Positions 10,254 to 20,209 of a stretch of DNA of 64,000 bases are shown one piece after another; within the stretch, counting starts at the first letter, position 1, and the number at the start of each line of letters is the position of its first letter. Location of the stretch: positions 1 to 64,000 of the IMG/VR virus record IMGVR_UViG_3300031998_000045, one strand, 5' to 3'. Under the pieces are notes generated by a model. It worked only from the letters and a program-made list of their open reading frames with translations. It had not been told where the DNA came from and did no database searches. Source of the stretch: a virus. Taxonomy: Duplodnaviria > Caudoviricetes. The position numbers and the translations under genes were made by a program.

Positions 10254-10466
10254 TTACCGTGGACTATGCTGTGAAGTCTGTGTCTTAGCTTTTGCTATCA
10301 GCTCATTCTTCTCATAGTAGAGATCAGCTATGTATGCAATAGCTTTGTCATACATCTGGCGGTCTATGAGCTGGGCATCAACTGCTTTTCTGAATGCTGC
10401 ACGTATCTCATCATCAATAGCTGCAATCAGCTCATATGTGACAGGGTCTAGATCTTGCATGTCCAT
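10254..10466 (-). CDS. Hypothetical protein
   Basis: SD-led ORF behind a promoter repeat. Confidence 0.55.
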   Translation of the reverse strand: MDMQDLDPVTYELIAAIDDEIRAAFRKAVDAQLIDRQMYDKAIAYIADLYYEKNELIAKAKTQTSQHSPR

Positions 10467-10572
10467 AGCATTCTCCTCTGCTATAGATCATATCATGTCT
10501 AGACTGTTCTAGCCACTTAAGAAATCAACTTTCTTCAAGTGGCTAGATGATGACAGTTTTTAACAATGATGC

Positions 10573-12285
10573 TTAGCTAATGCTAAATCTTGCATTGTCA
10601 ATCTTAAAGTTGTTTGACACTTCAACATCAGACAAAGCTCTTGTGTAGACTCTGACATTGTAGACATTTCCACTGAACACTCTATTTGCTTCGCCTGAAT
10701 ATCCAGCACCAACTAGGAAAGGCATTGACAGTTTCAATGTAAGACGGTCAGACACCACATTAGACACAGTTGTCACAAGCTGTCCATTGACATAGACTTT
10801 TGCAGTATGCGTAGTCTCTGAGCCCTAGAAAGATATGCTCACCGGTGTGTTAGCTTGGACATAGCTGTCTAAAGACTTTCCAGATGACCCATCAATCAAT
10901 GTAGTGCTGTAGTTTACGCAGTACAACTTCACTGTGACATGGCCATTTTCATACTAGAATCCAACAATTCCAGGCTTGTTTGTGTTTCCACTGACGCTCG
11001 TTGTGTTATGGTCACCAATTATGCCAGCATAGTTCTAGAAATATCCAGAGTCTGGGCTGAACACGCATTCGATTGTCCATTCGCTGCTAAGTGCTGGAAT
11101 CAGTGTGTTTTCAGAAGTCTAGAATGCCATTGAGTCCCAAGCACCACTTCTTACAAAGCTTGCATATTTGCTGCTCCAAGAGACATAAGATCTAGACAGA
11201 TCATACTAGCCAGTTGAAGAAGCTAGGTTTTTCCATGTAGTTGCTGAAGAGCTATGTGTGCTGAAGCCTGCATTCTCTTCGCCATCCCATAGACCTAATA
11301 GACCAGTCTTGTTGTAGTCATTAGCAGTTGGCAAAGTTGATGGACAGATGTAGTCATGGTCTGGAAGAATGTCTCCTTTCTGTCTGTCAGATGCAGTTTG
11401 ACCCATTTCAATTCCTTGGACATCAGTCTTTCCATTTTTTGGAAACTATACTATGTATCCGCCTACAGGCTAAGTAGATGGAGATCCTGAGTCTATAGTG
11501 TTCATGTCTTTGTCACGAGGGATCGCTAGAGATGGGACATGCACTAAGTCTACATGACTTTCATTTTCTTGCCAAGAGTAGTGCATCACCCATGAATAGT
11601 AGTCTTCAACAGAAAAAGCATAGTGAGTGTGGCCGCTGAATGCAACAACATTTCCATGATTCTTCAGCATGTCTAGAATTGCTGCGCACTGAGTTGATCC
11701 AGATGCATATCCATAGTATTGTCCTTTGTTCAAGCCTGCATACTAGAAAGAGTTTGAGAAAGAGTTCAAGGGGTAGTGCATGAACAGATAGACAGACATT
11801 CCGGCAGCATTTGTCAGCTCAGTCTAGAGCCAAGAGATAGTTGAGCTGCTGTATGGAGTTGAAGATGGATTGCTGCTTGTGTCAATAGACATCAAGATGA
11901 ACCGGCTGTCATCAATAGTCAATGCATAGTTTGGAGTTGTGCCTATTGTGCTCTGCCAGTCTGCAGCTGAGTAAGAGTAGTCGTGGTTTCCCTTGCACGA
12001 GTAGAAGTTGATGCTGGGGTGTCTGCTCTTCACAGTTGTGAAGTTTGCATAGCTTGAAGCTTGAGCATTTGAGACAATGTCTCCACAGCAGAAGACATTT
12101 GTGACCCCTCTGTTCTCAAGCATTGTCAAAGCTCTGTCAAAGTCTTCAACTGCTCCCTGTGTTGTGTTGTCAAGATGCAAGTCTGAGACTACAGCAAACC
12201 GCTTTGCTTCTGGAGAATACAGCAGCACTTTGCCATTCAGCAGAAGAATGCTTCCATTCTACATCAAAATCTTTTTGTCGTACAT
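10573..12285 (-). CDS. Calcineurin-like metallophosphoesterase fused to a LamG/ConA-like domain (570 aa with TAG=Gln)
   Basis: Four track ORFs share one frame and are separated only by TAG (about 10). Motifs SDLH, GDIV, GNHD, WL*TEL...LFMHYP, SGHTH; C-terminal FSGNVYNVRVYTRALSDVEV. Confidence 0.88.
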
Positions 12286-12293
12286 GATGCTAT

Positions 12294-12620
12294 TTACCAG
12301 TCAATGATCTCATTCTTTGAAGAATGCTTAAGCATCTGTGTCACAACTGCTACGACAAATGTCATCTGGCTCTTAGTCTTCTTGCAGGCTTTCAAGTTTG
12401 AGCAGTACTTCTTGTCAAACTCATCGGCATCTAGCTCCAAGATCTTCTCATAGATGAAGTCTGAGACTTTGACTTTCTTTGTCATGTCATCAAACAGCTT
12501 GCTCTTCATGTACTTGAAGAACTCTCTTCCAAGGTCTTTTGAGTCATTGAACTCATCTGTCAGCTCTTCATATATGAATCCTGCTAGGTCAAGCAGCTTG
12601 TGCATCAACTCTATTCTCAT
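12294..12620 (-). CDS. Hypothetical protein
   Basis: 108-aa ORF followed by the next gene's GTAAATA motif. Confidence 0.55.
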   Translation of the reverse strand: MRIELMHKLLDLAGFIYEELTDEFNDSKDLGREFFKYMKSKLFDDMTKKVKVSDFIYEKILELDADEFDKKYCSNLKACKKTKSQMTFVVAVVTQMLKHSSKNEIIDW

Positions 12621-12711
12621 AAGAAAATTCTACATCTGTAGAGACTAAAAAAGCCAGATGCACAAACATCTGGCTGAACTATGAAGAAGGAATTCAAGAA
12701 GATCAAGAATA

Positions 12712-13128
12712 TCAAGAAAGTGTACGAGTCAATGCATAGCTTCCATTGTTGCCGGTAAATCCAATTGACGTTGGGCTAGATAGATCTGGTGTTATTCCTG
12801 AATTAATTGAAGTCCATGATCCGCCGCCTGGGCTATTTTCCATGTATGACCATTCATAATCTGACTGAAATTCATATTTCACTGAAAGTTCATATGCGCC
12901 AACGTCAGTAGAACTGCCTGCCCAAATGCATGATATTGCTGGATCGGATGTAGTTGGAATCAATTGAAATGCTGTAGGTTCTTCAGCTCCGTTAGGCATT
13001 AAACTGCAGTTCCATGCTTCTTGCGATGGAGTTGGAGTTGGCTCTGGAGGAGTTGGCTCTGGGCTGCCATTTCTGATCCAGTTTTCAATGCCAGGAGGCG
13101 GCATGCCTAAGAATGTAGTTGTTGCCAT
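12712..13128 (-). CDS. Pro-linker hypothetical protein, possibly a virion decoration protein
   Basis: PEPTPPEPTPTP linker followed by a beta-rich, AT-richer domain. Confidence 0.6.
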   Translation of the reverse strand: MATTTFLGMPPPGIENWIRNGSPEPTPPEPTPTPSQEAWNCSLMPNGAEEPTAFQLIPTTSDPAISCIWAGSSTDVGAYELSVKYEFQSDYEWSYMENSPGGGSWTSINSGITPDLSSPTSIGFTGNNGSYALTRTLS

Positions 13129-13140
13129 TTTTTGTTTCCT

Positions 13141-13479
13141 TTAGTTAGTTGTTTTGTCTGTAGATTCTTCTGAGCTCTGCTGTTCAGGGCTTTTCTTTGG
13201 AGGGAATATCTTCTTCAAAAGCTCATCTTTGAATGAACGGATGTCATGCTTCTGCATGTCATAGTATATGACAAGATAGTCTGGTCTTCTTCTTGGGCGT
13301 CCTTGTTTTCGTCTGAACTTCTGTGGGATCAGATCTCTTCTGCAAGTGCCATATGCTGTTCGAGTCTTGCCTGTAGACATCTTTGTGTATGTGAATTTGA
13401 CAATGCCCTGCTTCATCAGCTCAACTAACCGTTGAGCTTTCTAGTTCATCTCAATAAGCATTGGCAAAGTATATTCCAT
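13141..13479 (-). CDS. WYL_2/SH3-beta-barrel (DUF2693-like) protein; N-terminal extension needs TAG=Gln
   Basis: GIVKFTYTKMSTGKTRTAYGT...VIYYDMQKHDIRSFK. Upstream ATG at 13479 across one TAG, with GTAAATA 7 nt before it. Confidence 0.7.
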
Positions 13480-13564
13480 CAGATATTATTTACACTTTCA
13501 TGAGACAAAAAAAGCCGGGACCGCGCATAAACGGTCCCGGCACCACGACAACTAACCTACGACT

Positions 13565-14557
13565 TTAGTCATCCAAAGGCTCAAGTTCATCGCTGAAGTT
13601 CTCATAGAACTCACGACGAGCATCTACAAGGTCTGCATCATGCTCATCTCTGTAGTCGGGGATTTCAGGATGGTCGTCCTCAATATCATCTTCGTTTTCG
13701 TTAGACTCTTCAGGATTCTCATCAAGGTCCATTTTGCTTAGGTCCTCTTCATCAACCTTGCCATCAGCGCCATAGAGGTCACCAGCGGGGACAAGGTCTG
13801 CACTGAGAGGCTCTTCCTCAGCAGATGGAGGGTTGGCAAGAATGGCTGCAACTTCAGGTGGAAGCGGGCATGTCTCATCGATGGCTTCATCAATGTCATC
13901 CTTGGGCTGCTCAAGCGGCACTACTCCCTTGGTCTGAGTCTGGCTCTTGAGGAACTTCTCAGAGAGAGGGATGGCAACCGAGGCCGTGAAGTCCAGCTTG
14001 ACTGTGCCGTCTTCAAGCTTAGCTGTCCATCCGCTGCCGGAGTCATAGGCATTGCCATTGAGGATGTCAAGAAAAACTTTAGGCCCCTTGAACAGAGGAG
14101 AGCTCTTCATAGACTTGAGGCTGGCACGTAGGCTCTTCTTGGCCTCGCAGAGAATCTTCTTTGCCTCTGCCTTGTTCTTGTTCCTGGGCTCATGGACCTT
14201 CGGCTCCTTCTTCGGCTTCTCAGTCTTCTCAGGCTTCTGCTTGGGAGCCTTCTTCTCAAGCTTTGCCTTCTGCTTCTCAAGCTTTGCCTTCTCGCGAAGC
14301 TTCAGCTTCTTGGCACGCTCCCTCTCACGGAGCTTCTTGGCCTTAGCCTGCTCACGCAGCTTCAGCTTCTTGGCACGCTCCTTGAGCTTCTTAGCCTTGA
14401 TGCGCTCGCGCTTGGCCTTCTTCTGCTCGCGCAGCTTCAGGCGCTTCGCCTTCTCACGCTCGCGGAGCTTGAGCTTCTTAGCGCGCTCCTGCTCCTTGAC
14501 CTTCTTGGCCTTAGCCTTGTCGAGGTTCTTGGCTTCAGGGTTCTTCTGGTTCTTCAT
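13565..14557 (-). CDS. Histone-H1-like Lys/Arg-repeat protein with acidic C-terminus
   Basis: Repeated KAKKLKLRE units at the N-terminus; D/E-rich tail; GC3-rich codons. Confidence 0.75.
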   Translation of the reverse strand: MKNQKNPEAKNLDKAKAKKVKEQERAKKLKLREREKAKRLKLREQKKAKRERIKAKKLKERAKKLKLREQAKAKKLRERERAKKLKLREKAKLEKQKAKLEKKAPKQKPEKTEKPKKEPKVHEPRNKNKAEAKKILCEAKKSLRASLKSMKSSPLFKGPKVFLDILNGNAYDSGSGWTAKLEDGTVKLDFTASVAIPLSEKFLKSQTQTKGVVPLEQPKDDIDEAIDETCPLPPEVAAILANPPSAEEEPLSADLVPAGDLYGADGKVDEEDLSKMDLDENPEESNENEDDIEDDHPEIPDYRDEHDADLVDARREFYENFSDELEPLDD

Positions 14558-14636
14558 TGTCTGGTCCTTTCGTAGGTTTGTTGTTTTGTTGTGGTTGCCG
14601 GATTTGCTCCGACGTAATAGATTGTATCAAATCATG

Positions 14637-14933
14637 CTAAGCTTGGCCACTCAGCATTGACAAGATCTTTTGGCCAAGCTTTGAAATAAAGTACACACCA
14701 ATGCTTGAGTTGCCGGTGCCGGCTAAGCGAGCATACACTAGCTTGAGTTCTTGTAAATGGATTATTGGATTTTCTCCATATTTAGCTTGCCATTCAGAGA
14801 CAGATCCCTCATACTTCAATGTATGGACATCATGCCATAAGTTAGTCTTTCTTGGATTTTTGGCAATGCCTTTTAGAAGAAGAATCTCATTGGAGCGAAG
14901 TGAATTGAGGATGCGTTTAGCATTAGTCTTCAT
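14637..14933 (-). CDS. Hypothetical winged-helix-like protein
   Basis: SD-led; ends YFISKLGQKIL; TAG stop lies inside the next promoter. Confidence 0.55.
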   Translation of the reverse strand: MKTNAKRILNSLRSNEILLLKGIAKNPRKTNLWHDVHTLKYEGSVSEWQAKYGENPIIHLQELKLVYARLAGTGNSSIGVYFISKLGQKILSMLSGQA

Positions 14934-15011
14934 TTGGTTTCTCCTTTTAACTTACACTATAGATTGTATCAAAAAGTCTATGCTTCAGCCACTCAAGCAG
15001 TTGGGCTTTTT

Positions 15012-15227
15012 TCAGCCGGCGAGCTCACCTTCTTCAGTGCACTCTTCATAAGTCTCGCCGAAGTCATCAGTGAGAAAGAGCTTGACTTCACGGTCATCAT
15101 AGTCAACACCGCAGGCTTCACACATGTTCTTGCAGTCTTCAACACACTCTTCTATTGTAAGAAACTCATTGCTCCGATGAATGCATCCATTCTTAAGAGG
15201 GATCTCATAATGGTAGGTCTTGTTCAT
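15012..15227 (-). CDS. Small Cys/acidic protein, paralog of 58441..58656
   Basis: Shared C-terminus VKLFLT(D/E)DFGETYEECTEEGELA. Confidence 0.7.
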   Translation of the reverse strand: MNKTYHYEIPLKNGCIHRSNEFLTIEECVEDCKNMCEACGVDYDDREVKLFLTDDFGETYEECTEEGELAG

Positions 15228-15281
15228 TGGCTGTTCTCCTTTGCACTATAGATTGTATCAAAAAGTCTATGCTTCAGCCAC

Positions 15282-15659
15282 TCAAGCTTCAGGATAGATT
15301 TCAATGTCATCTTCATCAGCCGGGCGTATTATGATGAATGCGTCGTCTGCGCTGCCAATAGCTCCAAATGTGAACGTATGGCATTCATCCGGCTTAGCTT
15401 TTGCATTGTCAACAAGAGTCTTTACAATTGACTCAATGTTCTTAGACAAGGCATTTTCAAAGCCTTCATTGCCAGCTTCATCATCTTCAAGACCCTCAGT
15501 CTCCTCTTCCTGCCAGCTATGAAGCTCATCTCTGATGTAGTCTGCGCCATTGCATGCAATGGCGTCTAAGTTGTCATAGATGACGCCTTCATCACAGCCG
15601 CCGCCATAGTCAGAAGTGTTAAGACCAAAAAACCATTTGCTAGGAATATGCTTTACCAT
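15282..15659 (-). CDS. Acidic hypothetical protein
   Basis: SD plus promoter repeat. Confidence 0.65.
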   Translation of the reverse strand: MVKHIPSKWFFGLNTSDYGGGCDEGVIYDNLDAIACNGADYIRDELHSWQEEETEGLEDDEAGNEGFENALSKNIESIVKTLVDNAKAKPDECHTFTFGAIGSADDAFIIIRPADEDDIEIYPEA

Positions 15660-15722
15660 TTGTTTTCTCCTTTGGTTGCCGTTACGTTATAGATCATATC
15701 AAAAGTCTATGGTCTTAGCCAC

Positions 15723-17063
15723 TCAAGCATCTGCTTTAAATTTGACTTTTGTTCCCCAGTCGCAGAAGTCCATTGCTCCGTCTTTTGTTATAAGCCATAT
15801 CACAGGCAGACCAACAGGATTCTCTGGAATGCTCTCAATCCAGCCATCGGTCATCATGCATACACAGTCAACGTCTAGAGCATTGTCCTTTATGTACTCA
15901 AACACTGGTGTCATGCATGTACCGCCACCGCCAGTCATTGAGTACTCTTCATCAGTGATCTTATTCTCAAGCTCATCATCTTCAGTGTAGTGCTTGACTG
16001 CTCCGATCTCTGCGTCGCATTCAATTACCGTAAGTGAAAAGGAGCCAAATGTCCTCACAAGACCACAGAGCTCTCCAAGAAACTTCCCTCGGTCTGCCAT
16101 TGTAGATCCAGATGTGTCAATCCCTACAGCGATCTTTATCTTCTCTGACCTATGGCTTTGGACATACACATCATTGTAGACATGCCGTCTGTTCGGCGGA
16201 AGCCAAGACTTCTTTGATCCACTGCAGCATTGAGTGACAAACTGTGCCAGCACTTCTTCCCATTTGATCTCGGGCTCAAGTATCTGAGAGACGAGAGCTT
16301 TCACCGCAGCAGGAAGCTCGCCTCTAGACTTCTCACATCTCTGTGCTTCAGCAATGATAGCTTCTCGCATCTTGTCAGCAAAGTCTTTGCTCACTCGCGG
16401 CCGGAAGTCCTTGTCAACTCCGACATCTCCCCACTGGTCAGACACGCCGGTCTTCAGATTTCCATCATCATCTACGTCAGGAACCTGGTCATTGTCATAG
16501 ATGTGCTTGTCAAACTGAGTGCCAGACTCATTGTCCTGGTCTGATTCTCCACTAGACTCGTTGTCTTTGCCTTTGCCGCTCTTGCTCTTCTTTGGCTTCT
16601 TCTCGAGAAGAAGCATCTCATAGATCTCTTCAGCAGACTTCCCCTTCTCAGCTTCAGTCGGCATCAATGCCCACTTTGGAGGCTTGAAGCCGTCGTTCTT
16701 CAGAAGATGGTTGACTTCTTTGTCTGTTGCAATGTTGAACAGATCAGCATCTCTGCTCTGCTTTCTTGTCAGATGCATGAGCACTGCATGCCAGACTTCA
16801 TGAGCCAGCACAAACTTCTGCTCATCAGCTGACAGAGACTTCAAGAATCCAATGTCACAGTAGATCGTGTCACCGTCTGTGCATGCAGTCCTGACTCGGA
16901 AGTCTCTCACTGGCACAATGTCCATGCGCATGGCAATAGACCCGATGAACGGCCATGCAAACAAGATAGACTTCCGCCGGACTCCAAGAATTCCGACAGC
17001 TTCTTCTTTCAAAGTCTGCAGCTCTTCAGGAGAGAGCTTTCCGCTTGCTATCTTTCCGCTCAT
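15723..17063 (-). CDS. VWA-like/DUF2201-type HExxH metallopeptidase (copy 1)
   Basis: TACTDG, LAHEVWH, MIDAS-like GIDTSGST, GGGGT, MTDG. Confidence 0.88.
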   Translation of the reverse strand: MSGKIASGKLSPEELQTLKEEAVGILGVRRKSILFAWPFIGSIAMRMDIVPVRDFRVRTACTDGDTIYCDIGFLKSLSADEQKFVLAHEVWHAVLMHLTRKQSRDADLFNIATDKEVNHLLKNDGFKPPKWALMPTEAEKGKSAEEIYEMLLLEKKPKKSKSGKGKDNESSGESDQDNESGTQFDKHIYDNDQVPDVDDDGNLKTGVSDQWGDVGVDKDFRPRVSKDFADKMREAIIAEAQRCEKSRGELPAAVKALVSQILEPEIKWEEVLAQFVTQCCSGSKKSWLPPNRRHVYNDVYVQSHRSEKIKIAVGIDTSGSTMADRGKFLGELCGLVRTFGSFSLTVIECDAEIGAVKHYTEDDELENKITDEEYSMTGGGGTCMTPVFEYIKDNALDVDCVCMMTDGWIESIPENPVGLPVIWLITKDGAMDFCDWGTKVKFKADA

Positions 17064-17290
17064 GCTCTGCTCCTCAAAGCTCTGATCTTCTCAATGAGAG
17101 CCTCAATGTCTTTCACTTTGAACTCACATATTGAGAAAGCTCGTCCGAAGATTGCTTCAAGCTTGTCACGCACTGTCTCAAGGACTTCATCTTCATCATA
17201 AGAGAAGTCATCCGCTTCAGCATAGAAGCTGTGCTCAGAGTCTCGCATTCTAGCGTCATGATTGAATTCAACATCAACAAGAAGTCTCAT
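17060..17290 (-). CDS. Small protein, paralog of 17803..18021
   Basis: Shared pattern VEF...ETVRDKLEAIFGR...FKVKDIE. Confidence 0.65.
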   Translation of the reverse strand: MRLLVDVEFNHDARMRDSEHSFYAEADDFSYDEDEVLETVRDKLEAIFGRAFSICEFKVKDIEALIEKIRALRSRA

Positions 17291-17372
17291 AGTTGTTCTC
17301 CCTTCTGATGCCATAGATTATACAACAAAAGTCTATGCCCAGCCATTCAAGCTGAGCATAGACTGCTAAGAC

Positions 17373-17582
17373 TTAGTTTCCTCTGGAGCAGATGAACTCG
17401 CCCTTCATCTTGACATACTCTTGACCTATTCCAATTCCAAGCTGTCCAGTCCCATGCTTCTTCCAGCACTTCTCACACATTGTCGCCCAGGGTCCATCCG
17501 TAGTCCTAGCATCGTAAAGCTTGCCTGTGATCTGCTTTCCGCAGAAGTCACACTTGCTGCTGCCTATCCATCTGCTGCTCAT
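17373..17582 (-). CDS. Small Zn-binding (CxxC...CxxC) phage protein
   Basis: KCDFCG...YDART..GPWATMCEKC...LGIGIGQEY. Confidence 0.7.
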   Translation of the reverse strand: MSSRWIGSSKCDFCGKQITGKLYDARTTDGPWATMCEKCWKKHGTGQLGIGIGQEYVKMKGEFICSRGN

Positions 17583-17790
17583 TGTCTTCTCCAGCTTCAA
17601 TCTTCTCATTGCACACAGCTTCAATCGGCTTGATGATCGTCTTGATGCTGGCATTTGAATCTACATTGTGCTTCAGAGAAGTTATAGACTTTGCATACTG
17701 CTCAGCAAGAGTCTTTGTAGAGAAAGCAACTCGAAGCTCAGGCTTCTTGCTGTTGACGATCTCAAAGATTCCGTACATATCAATCTTCAT
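17548..17790 (-). CDS. Hypothetical protein
   Basis: SD-led ORF. Confidence 0.55.
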   Translation of the reverse strand: MKIDMYGIFEIVNSKKPELRVAFSTKTLAEQYAKSITSLKHNVDSNASIKTIIKPIEAVCNEKIEAGEDNEQQMDRQQQV

Positions 17791-17802
17791 TGTCTCTCTC
17801 CT

Positions 17803-18021
17803 TTAGTTGATCTCGTCTATGATTTCATCTATGTTCTTTATCTTAAAGTCCTCTACAGCAAATGGCCTGCCAAACATAGTCTCAAGCTCATTTGCCACCC
17901 ACTCACGGACAGACTCATAGTCTGCTTCAACATAGTCAATGTCAACTGGGACTCGGACATAGTCTCTGAACAGCTCAGTTGCAGTGGCTTCGTCAAATTC
18001 TACTCTAGCGTCAATCTTCAT
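17803..18021 (-). CDS. Small acidic protein, paralog of 17060..17290
   Basis: ESVREWVANELETMFGRPF..EDFKIKNIDE. Confidence 0.65.
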   Translation of the reverse strand: MKIDARVEFDEATATELFRDYVRVPVDIDYVEADYESVREWVANELETMFGRPFAVEDFKIKNIDEIIDEIN

Positions 18022-18050
18022 CTTTGTTCTCCTTTACGCTATAGATTGTA

Positions 18051-18275
18051 TCAAAAGCTTGATGCTTCAGCCACTTGACTTTCAAGGTATTCTTCAACTG
18101 AGACAACTTTGATGTCCCAGCCTGGAAATTCCTTCTTCAAAGACTCTGCGGCTTCTGGTCCAGTGTCAGCTTCAATGTAAGCAGTCCGAAAAGGCTTGTC
18201 TGGATTAACTAGAGTCTTGTCACATTTCCATGATGCGCTGTATCCGATCTTCCAGTCTTTCATCTCACACCTCAC
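18051..18275 (-). CDS. Hypothetical protein
   Basis: Coupled ORF. Confidence 0.55.
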   Translation of the reverse strand: MRCEMKDWKIGYSASWKCDKTLVNPDKPFRTAYIEADTGPEAAESLKKEFPGWDIKVVSVEEYLESQVAEASSF

Positions 18276-18774
18276 AGATGTTCATCTCTTCATCGTAGAA
18301 GTAGATGCTCTTTGCATTCACATGCTTGAGCATCCTCAAGCAGTTGGCACATGGCATGCTGTTTCTGCAGTGGCAGTCTCTGTCTAGACGGACATTGTAG
18401 AATGACAGTCTTGAGCAGTCATCCACTCCGATCTTCAAGATCGCAGAGATCTCAGCATGCAAGCTTGGGACATATGACTCTTCACCATACTTCCGGTAGA
18501 CAGTCTTGAGCTTCTTGCTGTAGCCAGACATGTCTCGGTCATAGTCATTCAAGCCTATCGCAATCACTTTAGACTTGTCAACTGCAAAGCAGACATTGAA
18601 AGTCCTTCCATTGCTAGTTGCGCCTTTGCGGAACAGAGCTTTAGCAAGATTCACATATCTGTGCATCCGGTTCTTGACAGCATTGCTCTCAACCGGAGCT
18701 GCACGGACATGTGAATAGTGCTTTGACCTGCGGCTCGCTGCAGGCGCAACTCGCTTTAGAAGAGCTTTTCTCAC
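18265..18774 (-). CDS. Cytidine/dCMP deaminase-like Zn protein
   Basis: SLHAEISAI and NSMPCANC motifs (HxE, PCxxC). Confidence 0.8.
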   Translation of the reverse strand: MRKALLKRVAPAASRRSKHYSHVRAAPVESNAVKNRMHRYVNLAKALFRKGATSNGRTFNVCFAVDKSKVIAIGLNDYDRDMSGYSKKLKTVYRKYGEESYVPSLHAEISAILKIGVDDCSRLSFYNVRLDRDCHCRNSMPCANCLRMLKHVNAKSIYFYDEEMNICEV

Positions 18775-18968
18775 TTCTTCTTGCTGTTGTCAGCGGGCTT
18801 GATGACTCCACGGCGCTTCAGCTCTTTGACAGCTGCGCGAGAAGAGTACTTCATCAGCTCTTCATTGCTCATCGACTTCTCAGCCGGCTTGACCTTGGTC
18901 AGCAGGATGAGGTTCTTAGACGAGCGGTTCTTGATGTTGGGTGCATGTTCACCGGGTATACGTACCAT
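18771..18968 (-). CDS. Small basic protein
   Basis: SD-led, behind a promoter repeat. Confidence 0.55.
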   Translation of the reverse strand: MVRIPGEHAPNIKNRSSKNLILLTKVKPAEKSMSNEELMKYSSRAAVKELKRRGVIKPADNSKKK

Positions 18969-19116
18969 TTTGGGTCTCCTTTAGTTTGCTGTTACGCTAT
19001 AGATTATATCAAAGTTTCAGTAGTTCAGCCACTCAAGAATCACAAAGATCTACTTTCATCATCAGCTCATAGATGTTCTGGAACTTGCCAGTCCCTCCAT
19101 TCTTGAAAGCAAAGAA

Positions 19117-19515
19117 CTAGAACTGTCCAGTCTGGCTGGATTTCGCTGCAGCTGTTGTGCGGTTCTTCAGAGCTTTGAACACTTCTCGGTAGACATCAGC
19201 TTTGTCAAGATCTGCTAGAGCTGCTAAGTCTTTGAGACTTATGAAGTTGCATGACCGCAGCATCATCATTGGATGACGTTTCTCAATCATCTTGTTCAAA
19301 GCAGGAACTGTGACATTTGTGTATCCTGGCACAACCAATGGCGGCAAAGTGCTGTCTTTCTCTTCTGAGTCAACCACAAGAAGAAACCTGTTGTAGTTGT
19401 TCTTTGCTTTGACTAGCAGTCCGATCCTTCCATCAGAAGTGAAAAGCTTTCCAAAGCTGTCCAGAAAGCTGATGACGTCTTCATCAGTCCCTTTGAATTT
19501 GCATTGTTTAGCCAT
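19117..19515 (-). CDS. Hypothetical protein (about 30 aa longer if TAG is read through)
   Basis: Ends in TAG; the frame stays open to a TGA near 19030. Confidence 0.6.
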   Translation of the reverse strand: MAKQCKFKGTDEDVISFLDSFGKLFTSDGRIGLLVKAKNNYNRFLLVVDSEEKDSTLPPLVVPGYTNVTVPALNKMIEKRHPMMMLRSCNFISLKDLAALADLDKADVYREVFKALKNRTTAAAKSSQTGQF

Positions 19516-19520
19516 AGAAT

Positions 19521-19940
19521 TCAGTCCTTCAGTTCAAGCTTCATCAGCCATTCATGGATTGACTTCCCTTTGAGAGAAGCTTTCTTCTTTAGAAGACTGA
19601 CTAAGCATTCATGCAGATACTTGTCGTCATGTTCTTTGTAGATTTTCTGGTCTGGCAGACAGACATAGCTTCCGGTCTCTAGAAGAGTAGATGCTGGAAG
19701 ACTTTTGCCTCTGTACTGCCGCCGATACCAGTCTGGATCAGCTCGAATGTCTCTCTGGTACATCTCATGGATGACAATCAGATGGTACTGGTAGAGATGC
19801 GCTAGATCATATTTGAATACATAGTCTGCGCTGTTGTCCTTCTTCCAGCCTCGGCCTCTCAAAGAGCAGCAGCTTCGATGCAGTGCTAGAAGATGCTTGT
19901 CATCTAGCCAGGGAATGAGATCTTGATGCCAGAGCCGCAT
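19521..19940 (-). CDS. Pyrimidine-dimer DNA glycosylase-like (TIGR02328-type) protein, copy 1
   Basis: MRLWHQDLIPWL...LLALHRSCCSLRGRGW...YVFKY...EM..R. Confidence 0.75.
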   Translation of the reverse strand: MRLWHQDLIPWLDDKHLLALHRSCCSLRGRGWKKDNSADYVFKYDLAHLYQYHLIVIHEMYQRDIRADPDWYRRQYRGKSLPASTLLETGSYVCLPDQKIYKEHDDKYLHECLVSLLKKKASLKGKSIHEWLMKLELKD

Positions 19941-19957
19941 GAGAATTTTCAATTAAT

Positions 19958-20032
19958 TGGCATCCCTGAGAGGACTCGAACCTCCAGCAAACTGCTTAGA
20001 AGGCAGTTGCTCTTCCTTTGAGCTACAGGGAC
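19958..20032 (-). tRNA. tRNA-Arg(UCU)
   Basis: Cloverleaf; anticodon stem ACTGC/GCAGT with loop CT-TCT-AA; TTCGAGT T-loop; CCA end. Confidence 0.9.
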
Positions 20033-20043
20033 ATATGCTTGAC

Positions 20044-20097
20044 AAGACGCATGTTTGGTGATTTTGCAGATCATTTAAGTTTTGCTGTATGCGTCTT
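20044..20097 (-). ncRNA. Scaffold RNA E1 displaying a Cys(GCA)-like anticodon loop
   Basis: AAGACGCAT-ACAGCAA...TGAT-CTGCAAA-ATCA-CCAAAC-ATGCGTCTT. Confidence 0.75.
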
Positions 20098-20102
20098 AGA
20101 AT

Positions 20103-20178
20103 TGGTAGGAGCGGTGGTAGTTGCAACCACGACTTCCAACTTATAAGGATGGCATTCTAACTGCTGAATTACGCTCCT
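20103..20178 (-). tRNA. tRNA-Ile(UAU)
   Basis: Acceptor AGGAGCG/CGCTCCT plus ACCA; loop CT-TAT-AA; variant T-loop TGCAACT. Confidence 0.8.
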
Positions 20179-20209
20179 AGTTATATATTTTACTATATTG
20201 ACAGAAAAT

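Noticed and set aside
19995-20005. Possible CUA amber-suppressor tRNA (loop CTTCTAA contains CTA)
   Set aside because: The ACTGC/GCAGT stem fixes the 7-nt loop register, so positions 34-36 are TCT (Arg). No true suppressor was found in the window.
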